A stretch of DNA of 60,839 nucleotides, the filler included, from Candidatus Babelota bacterium (GTDB taxonomy: Bacteria > JAGOBX01): the NCBI GenBank assembly GCA_017999075.1. It is 13 parts of 13 records of this genome, joined end to end, with 100 filler letters (N's around TTAATTAATTAA, not from the genome) between each part and the next. Parts side by side here need not be neighbours in the genome. Positions count along the whole stretch, not along the records: positions 37,855 to 42,405 come from JAGOBX010000339.1; positions 42,506 to 47,051 come from JAGOBX010000340.1; positions 47,152 to 51,696 come from JAGOBX010000341.1; 10 more parts are not named here. One strand, written 5' to 3'. The position numbers and the translations under genes were made by a program. Shown here in pieces: positions 39,187-47,346 of the stretch. The stretch's first letter is position 1; every line of letters begins with the position of its first letter. The notes beneath the pieces are model-generated. The model did no database searches, was not told where the DNA came from, and was given only the letters and a program-made list of their open reading frames with translations.

Positions 39187-39684
39187 ATGAATGTAATTTA
39201 CCTGAGTTTAGGTTCAAATATTTCACCTGAACTTGATAATCTTAAAACAGCAATTAATTCAATCAAAAATATTGGTAATATAAAAAAAATCGCAATATCT
39301 TCTTTTTATAAAACATCTCCTGTATGTTACGAAAATCAACCTAATTTCTATAATTGCGCTATAAAATTGTATTCAGAACTAAAACCTGGTGAGTTACTGA
39401 ATATTATTTCAGATATAGAAAAATCAATGGGAAGAAAACGGGAAATAAAATGGGGACCAAGAAGTATTGATATTGATATTATTTTATTCGGAGATTTAAT
39501 AATTTCTACTAATAATCTTACAATACCGCATCCTGAGATGCTTAACAGAAAATTTGTTATAGAACCTCTTCTTGAACTTAGTCCTAATTTAAAACATCCG
39601 TGTTATAAAAAAAAGATTTCAGAATTAATTGATTTTGAAAAATTGAAAAATCAGGTTATAGAAAAAATTGTAGAAAATAAATGA
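39187..39684 (+). CDS. folK: 2-amino-4-hydroxy-6-hydroxymethyldihydropteridine pyrophosphokinase
   Basis: YLSLGSN, WGPRSIDIDII, LTIPHP. Confidence 0.95.
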   Translation: MNVIYLSLGSNISPELDNLKTAINSIKNIGNIKKIAISSFYKTSPVCYENQPNFYNCAIKLYSELKPGELLNIISDIEKSMGRKREIKWGPRSIDIDIILFGDLIISTNNLTIPHPEMLNRKFVIEPLLELSPNLKHPCYKKKISELIDFEKLKNQVIEKIVENK

Positions 39685-39712
39685 TAAAACAAGATTTTGA
39701 TATAATTTTACT

Positions 39713-39788
39713 TTACAACACCTGCTTATACACATCTAAAGCTCAAAATGCCACAAAAGCCGGATCGGCAGGTACGAACGGGTTATAA
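39713..39788 (-). other. Degenerate attC-like site downstream of the GT2 gene
   Basis: The minus strand begins TTATAAC and ends GTTGTAA (complementary core sites), with internal ACCTGC/GCAGGT and GCCG-ATC-CGGC pairing. It is GC-richer than the flanks; the L boxes are poor. Confidence 0.35.
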
Positions 39789-39811
39789 GATACTGTGTTT
39801 GAACCATATAT

Positions 39812-40534
39812 TTAACGATTAAAATCATAAAAATATTTATCTGCAAATTTATTATTTTTTTTCTTTAATCCCTTTATTATATCAATTTGATTAAAGAACA
39901 TCAATTTAAAAATAAACCAATCTCCAAAAAAATCAAATTTTCTACAAGAAGTTATTATAAATGAATCTGTAATTGTTTTATATTTTAATCCTTTCGTTTT
40001 ACCATATTTTCTAAGACGTTTTGCAAAATCCAAATCTTCCCCAAACGATAATTCTTCATCAAACCCACCGATCGCATCAAAATCATTTTTATAACACCAG
40101 TATAAACCTCCTGATAGTCCAGTTATTAACATTGATAAATCTAATAAAAACCAAGTTAACTTTATGCCCAGCGAATATCTTTCCGGATATACTTTAACTC
40201 CTCCGCCTATATATTTTTTTTGCGCTAACAAATTAATAATATTCCTCAGCATATTATCTGTCATCCAACTATCAGCATCAATTGTCACTAATATCTCGCC
40301 TGTAGAATATTTTACGCCATGATTTCTAATTTTTGATAAACATCTGCTTTCGTCTAAAATCGTAATTGCTCCGTATTCTTTCGCGATTTTTTCTGTCATA
40401 TCAGTACATCGATTCAATACTACAATAATTTCAATATCAATATGTTGAGGTACGTTTGCATTCTTAATTGATTCTAAACATTTTCTTATATTTTTTTCTT
40501 CATTGTTTGCTGGTATTATTATTGAAATTTTCAT
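39812..40534 (-). CDS. GT2 family glycosyltransferase
   Basis: ISIIIPANNEE, CTDMT, VTIDADS, GGFDE..GEDLDF. Confidence 0.9.
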   Translation of the reverse strand: MKISIIIPANNEEKNIRKCLESIKNANVPQHIDIEIIVVLNRCTDMTEKIAKEYGAITILDESRCLSKIRNHGVKYSTGEILVTIDADSWMTDNMLRNIINLLAQKKYIGGGVKVYPERYSLGIKLTWFLLDLSMLITGLSGGLYWCYKNDFDAIGGFDEELSFGEDLDFAKRLRKYGKTKGLKYKTITDSFIITSCRKFDFFGDWFIFKLMFFNQIDIIKGLKKKNNKFADKYFYDFNR

Positions 40535-40601
40535 TGTTTTATTAAATATTTTCTTTTCTCAAATATCGTATAATATTTTTACACTAGATTATAAAATTGG
40601 A

Positions 40602-41945
40602 TTATCCATTGCGGGATTTTGAATTCAGCATATTTGAAATCCATATAAATCCTGCGGCTCCAGCCGTTAAATCCGTAATTAATCTGCCTGCAAAAATTCC
40701 TTTTATTCCGGCAAAATAATTTCCGGCAAAGGAAAGAGGCAAAAGCAAAATTATTACCCTAAACAAATTTATTAAAGTAGCATATTCAGGTTTATGAATA
40801 CCGGTCATAAGAAAACCGCTGTATCTGTGGATTTCCATCATCCCATATCCGAACGACACAATTCTGATGTAAAGAATAAATATTTCTGAAACTTTAGGGT
40901 CGACCGTAAAAAGACGAGCGATAATTGGAGCCATAAAAAAAAATATACCGGCAATACAGGCTCCGTAAATGAAGGCGAATTTTGTTGAATAGCTTTTAGC
41001 TTTTTTTATTCTTATATGTTTCTCGGCGCCGTAATTCTGACTTACAAACGGAATTAAAGACATTCCAAGCGCCATCGGAATTACAAACGCAAGCATTTCA
41101 ACTCTGCTCGCCGCGCCAGCCGCAGCTACGGCTTCGCGACCATAGCCGCTTATAAGTTTGGTTATTACCGCAGATGAAACAGGCATTAAAATCATACTAA
41201 TACTGCCGGGTATTGCAAATCTCATAATTTGCTTAAAAGATTCTTTAAATAAATTAAATTCGATATGTTTCAATCTAATTAATTTATATTTAACGCCTAA
41301 AATATAGAATAGCCACATACAGGATAAAATTTGCGCTATTACCGTGGCTAAAGCCGCTCCGAGAATTCCAAGTTCTGGAAATCCAAACCAGCCGAATATC
41401 ATTATCGGATCAAGAATGCAATTCAGCGCCGCGCCCATTACCATAAAACCGCTCGCAGCTTTTGAATCTCCTAATGAAATCAGAACTCCGTTTCCCATAA
41501 ACGGTATAGCCATAAACGCAGAACCCATATACCACGTTTTCATATAATCCGATATTAGCGGCAGAGTCGCTTTATCTGCTCCAAGTTTTGTAAAAACAGG
41601 TTCAATACTCAAATATCCGGCTATTGTCAATACGACTGAAAAAATCAATATTATAATAATTCCGTGAGTTACGATTCGCGACGCTGAATTCTTATCGCCA
41701 CGGCCGAGTTCGCTCGAGGTTACCGCTGTTACTCCAGTCCCTACTCCGCCTGCGATAAAAGTAAGAAATATTACGACTGGAAATGAAAAACCCATAGCCG
41801 CAAGCGGTAAAGTTCCAAGTTTTGAAACAAACCACGTATCCGCAAAATTATAAGCATTCATAGCTATGGTTCCGGCAAGCATAGGCAGCGCCATTCTGAA
41901 CAAAGTTGATTTTACTCCGGATTCAGTTAATTTATTCGTTGGCAT
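40602..41945 (-). CDS. MATE family efflux transporter
   Basis: About 12 TM segments; DTWFVSKLG, LNCILDPIMIFG, GAALATVIAQ, SQNYGA. Confidence 0.93.
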   Translation of the reverse strand: MPTNKLTESGVKSTLFRMALPMLAGTIAMNAYNFADTWFVSKLGTLPLAAMGFSFPVVIFLTFIAGGVGTGVTAVTSSELGRGDKNSASRIVTHGIIIILIFSVVLTIAGYLSIEPVFTKLGADKATLPLISDYMKTWYMGSAFMAIPFMGNGVLISLGDSKAASGFMVMGAALNCILDPIMIFGWFGFPELGILGAALATVIAQILSCMWLFYILGVKYKLIRLKHIEFNLFKESFKQIMRFAIPGSISMILMPVSSAVITKLISGYGREAVAAAGAASRVEMLAFVIPMALGMSLIPFVSQNYGAEKHIRIKKAKSYSTKFAFIYGACIAGIFFFMAPIIARLFTVDPKVSEIFILYIRIVSFGYGMMEIHRYSGFLMTGIHKPEYATLINLFRVIILLLPLSFAGNYFAGIKGIFAGRLITDLTAGAAGFIWISNMLNSKSRNG

Positions 41946-42075
41946 TATACCTCAATTACTCCTCAATAATAAAAATATCTATGAACTTTTAATTTTCCAA
42001 TTGATGTATCAATTACCATCATATCCTAAAATAATAACTTTTCCTTACTATGTAGAAATTGAATTTTCGACCAAC

Positions 42076-42102
42076 AAAAAAGGCCGCTTTTTAAAGCGGC
42101 CT
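42076..42102 (-). terminator. Intrinsic terminator after tRNA-Val
   Basis: Minus strand AGGCCGCTTT-AA-AAAGCGGCCT followed by a T run. Confidence 0.8.
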
Positions 42103-42140
42103 GAATTTTATTGAAACGTATTGATAATAATATGTTTAAA

Positions 42141-42216
42141 TGGTGGGCGCTGAGGGGCTCGAACCCCCGACCACCGGCTTGTAAGGCCGATGCTCTCCCA
42201 GCTGAGCTAAGCGCCC
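42141..42216 (-). tRNA. tRNA-Val (UAC)
   Basis: GGGCGCTTAGCTCAGCTGGGAGAGCATCGGCCTTACAAGCCGGTGGTCGGGGGTTCGAGCCCCTCAGCGCCCACCA; anticodon loop CT-TAC-AA; encoded CCA. Confidence 0.97.
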
Positions 42217-42232
42217 GAAATTAAGAATTAAA

Positions 42233-42260
42233 TTTATACTTATAAAAATAAAAAAGTCAA
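42233..42260 (-). promoter_or_regulatory. Putative sigma70 promoter for tRNA-Val
   Basis: TTGACT-16 nt-TATAAA on the minus strand between the two tRNAs. Confidence 0.45.
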
Positions 42261-42279
42261 CAATAATTATTTTTTTTAA

Positions 42280-42353
42280 TGGCTGCCCCGCAAGGATTTG
42301 AACCTCGACAAACGGAGTCAGAGTCCGTCGTGCTACCGTTACACAACGGGGCA
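42280..42353 (-). tRNA. tRNA-Gln (CUG)
   Basis: TGCCCCGTTGTGTAACGGTAGCACGACGGACTCTGACTCCGTTTGTCGAGGTTCAAATCCTTGCGGGGCAGCCA; loop CT-CTG-AC; U1-A72 pair; encoded CCA. Confidence 0.96.
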
Positions 42354-42507
42354 ATAATTTTTTATTGTGTTTTGTTCTTTGAAAAATCAAAGATTAAATA
42401 AATTTNNNNNNNNNNNNNNNNNNNNNNNNNNNNNNNNNNNNNNNNNNNNTTAATTAATTAANNNNNNNNNNNNNNNNNNNNNNNNNNNNNNNNNNNNNNN
42501 NNNNNTT

Positions 42508-42882
42508 TTAAACGTATCTCCTTTTAGAAATACAATCGTGATTGCTGAATTAACAGGTTCTGAAATTATCTGTATGCTCGAATTTGCTGTAAAAATAGGC
42601 GCTTTAATCGGAGGTTGGCTCCATACATCAGGTCTGACTTGCGATTTCAGAGGTAAGAACGTAAGGAATATTCTTATAAACGGAGAAAAACTTGTTTCGG
42701 ATAAGATTTACACCCTTAGCACAACTGATTATATAGTTTCAGGCGGTGATGGATACAGTATGTTTTCTAATAAAAAATTAGTGCAAACAGGTTTTCTGCT
42801 TACTGATGTCATAAGTGATTTTTTCAAAAAAAATATTTTATTAAAATCGTATGACTCAAATAAGCGAATAATCCGTGATTAG
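42508..42882 (+). CDS. 5'-nucleotidase C-terminal domain, 5' partial
   Basis: VSPFRNTIVIAELTGSEI, YTLSTTDYIVSGGDGY. Confidence 0.85.
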   Translation, partial: LNVSPFRNTIVIAELTGSEIICMLEFAVKIGALIGGWLHTSGLTCDFRGKNVRNILINGEKLVSDKIYTLSTTDYIVSGGDGYSMFSNKKLVQTGFLLTDVISDFFKKNILLKSYDSNKRIIRD

Positions 42883-42921
42883 TTTATTGGTTAAAATTTA
42901 AAATTATATTTTATCAGTTAT

Positions 42922-44556
42922 ATGTTTGTAATTTTTGAAGTATTAAATTTTTTTCGTAAAGAGTCAGAAGAACTGAATAAAAAGCTTCTAATTATATTAA
43001 TAATGTCCGGTTTCTCTAACTCTACAATTCTGGCTTCTATAAATGCGGCTGCGCAGCACTTTGAAAACAAACTGACAATTTCTATTTTTTTTATCACTTT
43101 TTTCCTATCACTGGCCGCATATTATTTTTTTCAAAAAAAATACCTCAATTCAATGAATATTATTATTGAAAATGTAATAGTAAATATTCGTGAAAAACTC
43201 TGCAGGAAGGTAAGATCATCAGATTATTATTCTATAGAACAGGCTGGCCAGGCGCAGCTTCTTACAAGAATTACCAAAGACACAAATATAATCGGAAAAA
43301 CCATGCCGCTTATTATAAGCGCGGTACAGTCAACAACTCTCCTGATATTCGGTATGATTTATATACTTTATCTTTCAACATACATTTTTTTACTGTTGGT
43401 CGGAATATTGATAATTGCAGTTTTTATTTTCATTTTTTATATCAGAATAGGCAAACAGCTTTACCAGACTGCAGACATAAGCATAGTAAAAATGTGGGGG
43501 GATGTTCTTCATTTATTTCATGGATTTAAAGAGGTTAAATTAAATTCAAAACGAAGCGAAGAAATAATCGATACTATAAGCAGCAGTTCCAAAAATGTTA
43601 GGGATAAATGCATTGAAGCCATGAAAATGTATTACGACAATGAAATTTTCATCATCACTGTTTTTCTTCTAATGGCCGGATTTGTAACTTTTCTTTTTCC
43701 TGTATTCGTTCCCATGGACAAAGAAATTCTGTTAAAAATAGTCGCAGCTCTGTTTTTTCTGCGCGAACCCCTAACTTTATTTCTAAAAGCTATTCCTATG
43801 ACCATTCAAGCAAGCGTCGCAATAAATAATATAAAAATTCTTGAAGATAAACTTGAAAATATTTCAAACAAATACCAGTGTGAAGAATTTAAGTTAACCG
43901 AACGTTTTCAAGATTTCAATAAAATAACTTTACAAAATCTAAAATTCAGATATAAGTCCATTGAGGATGACAAACTTTTTGAAGCAGGACCTTATAATCT
44001 TACCATTAAAAAAGGAGAATTGATTTTCATTGTGGGCGGAAACGGCAGCGGAAAATCCACTTTTTTAAAAATGCTGTCTTATCTATATTACGCAGATGCA
44101 GGTTCAATAAAATTAGACGACGAATATATAACTCAGGCCAATGCTCAAAGATACCGGGAAATGTATTCTACGGTATTTTCAGATTTCCATTTATTTGACC
44201 GGTTGTTTGGGATTCAAAATATTGACGAAGACGAAGTAAACGATCTTCTCGTTAAAATGCAAATAAATCACAAAGTATCGTTCGAAGAAAACAAATTTTC
44301 AACAAAGAACTTATCAACCGGTCAAAAAAAAAGGCTTGCTTTTATAATAGCGTTATTGGAGGATAGGCCCATATATATTCTTGACGAATGGGCAGCCGAA
44401 CAGGATCCGGAATTCAGAAATCATTATTATACTGAAATACTCAAAGAATTAAAAGAAAAAGGTAAAACATTATTAGTTGTCACGCATGATGACAGGTATT
44501 TGCATTGCGCTGACCGCATATTAAAAATGGAATTTGGTAAAATCGAGGAAATATAA
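42922..44556 (+). CDS. Cyclic peptide export ABC transporter (PvdE/YojI/SyrD family)
   Basis: TMD plus NBD; GFKEVKLN, GGNGSGKST, VFSDFHLF, LSTGQKKR, LDEWAAEQDPEFR. Confidence 0.92.
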   Translation: MFVIFEVLNFFRKESEELNKKLLIILIMSGFSNSTILASINAAAQHFENKLTISIFFITFFLSLAAYYFFQKKYLNSMNIIIENVIVNIREKLCRKVRSSDYYSIEQAGQAQLLTRITKDTNIIGKTMPLIISAVQSTTLLIFGMIYILYLSTYIFLLLVGILIIAVFIFIFYIRIGKQLYQTADISIVKMWGDVLHLFHGFKEVKLNSKRSEEIIDTISSSSKNVRDKCIEAMKMYYDNEIFIITVFLLMAGFVTFLFPVFVPMDKEILLKIVAALFFLREPLTLFLKAIPMTIQASVAINNIKILEDKLENISNKYQCEEFKLTERFQDFNKITLQNLKFRYKSIEDDKLFEAGPYNLTIKKGELIFIVGGNGSGKSTFLKMLSYLYYADAGSIKLDDEYITQANAQRYREMYSTVFSDFHLFDRLFGIQNIDEDEVNDLLVKMQINHKVSFEENKFSTKNLSTGQKKRLAFIIALLEDRPIYILDEWAAEQDPEFRNHYYTEILKELKEKGKTLLVVTHDDRYLHCADRILKMEFGKIEEI

Positions 44557-45470
44557 TGAAAAACGAAGAAAAAATTGAAAAAGTAAAAATTTCGAATGAC
44601 CGAATAATAGACGAAAAAGAAATTAAAAAAGTAAGCAGAAAGGAAAAAATAAAAAAATTCCTATTCAGGCATATTAGAAATCTGGTGATAATATTGTTCC
44701 TTTTAATTTTGGTATTTGCAGTGTTCTATAATAGAATTGTTATAAATATTTATTCAGGACAAGCAGGAGTTTTATGGAAAAGATTCGGAGGCGGAACAGT
44801 TGTTGATCAGGTTTATGGAGAGGGAATTCACTTCATAAGTCCTCTAAACAAAATGAATGTTTATAATCTGCGTTTTCAGATAATCAATGATTATATTGAT
44901 GTGCTTACTGTCAACGGTTTAACTGTCCGCGTTAATTTTGCCATCAGATTTCATCCCAATAAATATTTATTGGGATTACTGCATAAATACGCCGGTCCTG
45001 ATTATCAGGAAACAGTAGTTAAATCAGAAATAAAATCAGTCATCAGAAAAGTGGTAGGGCCATATAAACCTGAAGAACTATACGCAGCTCAAAAGGCTAT
45101 TGTCGAACAAATTCAAAACGACGCAGCAATAAGAATAGGCGAACGTTTTGTCAAAGTTGATGTTGTTATGATTAAAAGCCTGGAACTTCCTAAAAAAATA
45201 AAAGAAGCTATTGAAGAAAAACTAGAACAGCAGCAAAAATTCCAAGCTTATGAATTCCGTCTTGCAACTGAAAAAAAAGAACTCGAGCGTAAAACAATAG
45301 AGGCTGAAGGCCATAAAATTTTTCAGGAAAAATTCGGTATGGATATTGATAAATATTTAAAATGGAGGAGTATTATGGCTGCTGAAGAAATCGCCAAATC
45401 TCCTAATGCAAAAGTTATAATCACCGGCCCGGGAAAAGATGGAATTCCAATAATTCTCGGCGGAAACTAA
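44556..45470 (+). CDS. SPFH/prohibitin family membrane protein
   Basis: Single TM, GQAGVLWKRFGGGT, YGEGIHFISP, coiled coil ERKTIEAEG, SPNAKVII. Confidence 0.9.
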   Translation: MKNEEKIEKVKISNDRIIDEKEIKKVSRKEKIKKFLFRHIRNLVIILFLLILVFAVFYNRIVINIYSGQAGVLWKRFGGGTVVDQVYGEGIHFISPLNKMNVYNLRFQIINDYIDVLTVNGLTVRVNFAIRFHPNKYLLGLLHKYAGPDYQETVVKSEIKSVIRKVVGPYKPEELYAAQKAIVEQIQNDAAIRIGERFVKVDVVMIKSLELPKKIKEAIEEKLEQQQKFQAYEFRLATEKKELERKTIEAEGHKIFQEKFGMDIDKYLKWRSIMAAEEIAKSPNAKVIITGPGKDGIPIILGGN

Positions 45471-45514
45471 TGAAAACTTTTTTTTAATAATAATTTTTTT
45501 TTGGAGGAAGGATT

Positions 45515-46063
45515 ATGTCAGAAGAAATTAAAAACAATGAAGTTGAAGACGTTCAAGCTCAAGGTGAAGAATCTTCAAAACTCGCACAGGCCAATTCAAA
45601 AGTTACACGCTATGTGCTTTGGTCAATGGGAGCAGGAGTTATACCTGTGCCTATAGTTGACATGATGGCAATTACAGGTGTGCAGTTGAAAATGATTTCT
45701 GAAATAACTGCTGTTTACGAAGTGCCGTTTTCAGAAAATATGGCTAAATCTTATATTACTGCTTTAATCGGTTCTGTTCTTCCTGGTTCTCTTGCAGCCA
45801 GCGGATTTGGTTCTTTAATAAAAGCTATTCCCGGAATAGGTTCTTTTTCAGGAGCAGTCAGCCAGTCATTATTGGCCGGTGCCATTACCTTCGCTATTGG
45901 AAAAGTTTTTGCCGCGCATTTTGAAATGGGCGGAAACTTGCTCAATTTCAACGTTGACAAGTCTAAAACTATTTTCAAAGAACAATTTGAAAAAGGTAAA
46001 GAAGCAGTAAAAAAAATGACTGCAGGTAAAAAAGACAAAGCTGAAGCAAAACAAGAAAAATAA
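45515..46063 (+). CDS. DUF697/YcjF-like small protein
   Basis: GAGVIPVPIVDMMAITGVQLKMI, SLIKAIPGIGS, AITFAIGKVF. Confidence 0.8.
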   Translation: MSEEIKNNEVEDVQAQGEESSKLAQANSKVTRYVLWSMGAGVIPVPIVDMMAITGVQLKMISEITAVYEVPFSENMAKSYITALIGSVLPGSLAASGFGSLIKAIPGIGSFSGAVSQSLLAGAITFAIGKVFAAHFEMGGNLLNFNVDKSKTIFKEQFEKGKEAVKKMTAGKKDKAEAKQEK

Positions 46064-46106
46064 TCTTGGGATTTGCAGGCTGACTAATAATTTAAAAAAA
46101 GTATGG

Positions 46107-46233
46107 ACTGTCTAATAAGTTGAAAAAGCAACTCAAATCTCAGGATTTGAGAAAAATAAAATAGCTTATAAAAAAATATGTTAATCAATGCAGAGCATTG
46201 TTCTAGATTGACAAATTCAACTTATTAGTCAGT
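46107..46233. mobile_element. MITE-like element with 18-bp terminal inverted repeats
   Basis: ACTGTCTAATAAGTTGAA (46107-46124) versus TTCAACTTATTAGTCAGT (46216-46233), 17/18 match. Internal hairpin CTCAAATC..GATTTGAG; a partial end copy CTGACTAATAA at ~46080. Confidence 0.55.
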
Positions 46234-46321
46234 TTCATTTATAATTTGAAACAAAAATTACTTGCCAAAATTTTTTTTGTTTTTTTTGGTGGGAATCATT
46301 GTTAGATTTAAGGGATATTAT

Positions 46322-47051
46322 ATGTTTATAAATATGGATTTATTCTATTATGTAAAAAATGAATCCAAAGATTTCAACAGGAAACTTCTGTTTCTTATTG
46401 CCGGTTCAGGTTTAACAAATGCGCTAATACTTATAGCTATTAACACTGGCGCGCAGTATTCGGAAAAATTAAATTCAAGCATAAAATATCTTGTATTATT
46501 TATTTTTTCCATCATTTTATATTATTTTACTCAAAAAAAATATTTTTTAAAACTTAATGTTATTACTGAAAGTTTTATAGCAAAAATACGGGAAAGTTTA
46601 TGCAATAAAATGAGACAAGGCGATTATCATTCAATAGAACAATTCGGAGAAAGTTATCTTATTTCAAGAATAACAAAAGAAACTGAAAACATCGGCAGAG
46701 CTACAGCTCAGATAATTTTAGGGCTTGAATCAATGATTCTAATTGTTGCAGGAATGCTTTATATATTATATCTTTCTACAACTGCATTTATTCTAAATAT
46801 AATTATATCTGCAATTGGGATTTCTGTTTATTTCTATTATGATAAAATTTTCGTAAAAAAATACGAAAAATCAATTCAGATGGAAACAAATCTATATAAA
46901 ATTATACTTCATATGTTTAAAGGTTTTAAAGAAATAAAAATTAACAGCAAAAAAAACAATGATATTTTTTCAGATTTCTTGACGACATCCCAGTCCGCAA
47001 AAGATAATAAAATTGATGCCGGAAATATTTTCAATGATAACAGAATATATG
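46322..47051 (+). CDS. Second cyclic peptide export ABC transporter (TMD part), 3' partial
   Basis: Paralog of 42922 (SGLTNALILIAIN, GMLYILYLST, GFKEIKIN). ATG at 46322 aligns with the paralog start. Confidence 0.85.
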
Positions 47052-47250
47052 NNNNNNNNNNNNNNNNNNNNNNNNNNNNNNNNNNNNNNNNNNNNTTAAT
47101 TAATTAANNNNNNNNNNNNNNNNNNNNNNNNNNNNNNNNNNNNNNNNNNNNTTAAAAAAATAAAGTCAATAATTTTTTTTGGTTTAATAAATATTTTTTA
47201 ATTATCAATTTTTATTTTTTTGACAAAAACAAAACATTCTATGAAAAATT

Positions 47251-47313
47251 AAAAATCAAAAATACGCCGCTGAAACATTGTATTTTCAATGCAGCAGCGT
47301 ATTTTTGATTTTT
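47251..47313. terminator. Long inverted repeat, probable bidirectional terminator after flgE
   Basis: AAAAATCAAAAATACGCCGCTG ... CAGCAGCGTATTTTTGATTTTT. Confidence 0.65.
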
Positions 47314-47346
47314 ATCCTAAATCATAATTCAGAAATAATTAAAAAC

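Noticed and set aside
42136-42390. 84-aa ORF
   Set aside because: Overlaps two clear tRNA genes.
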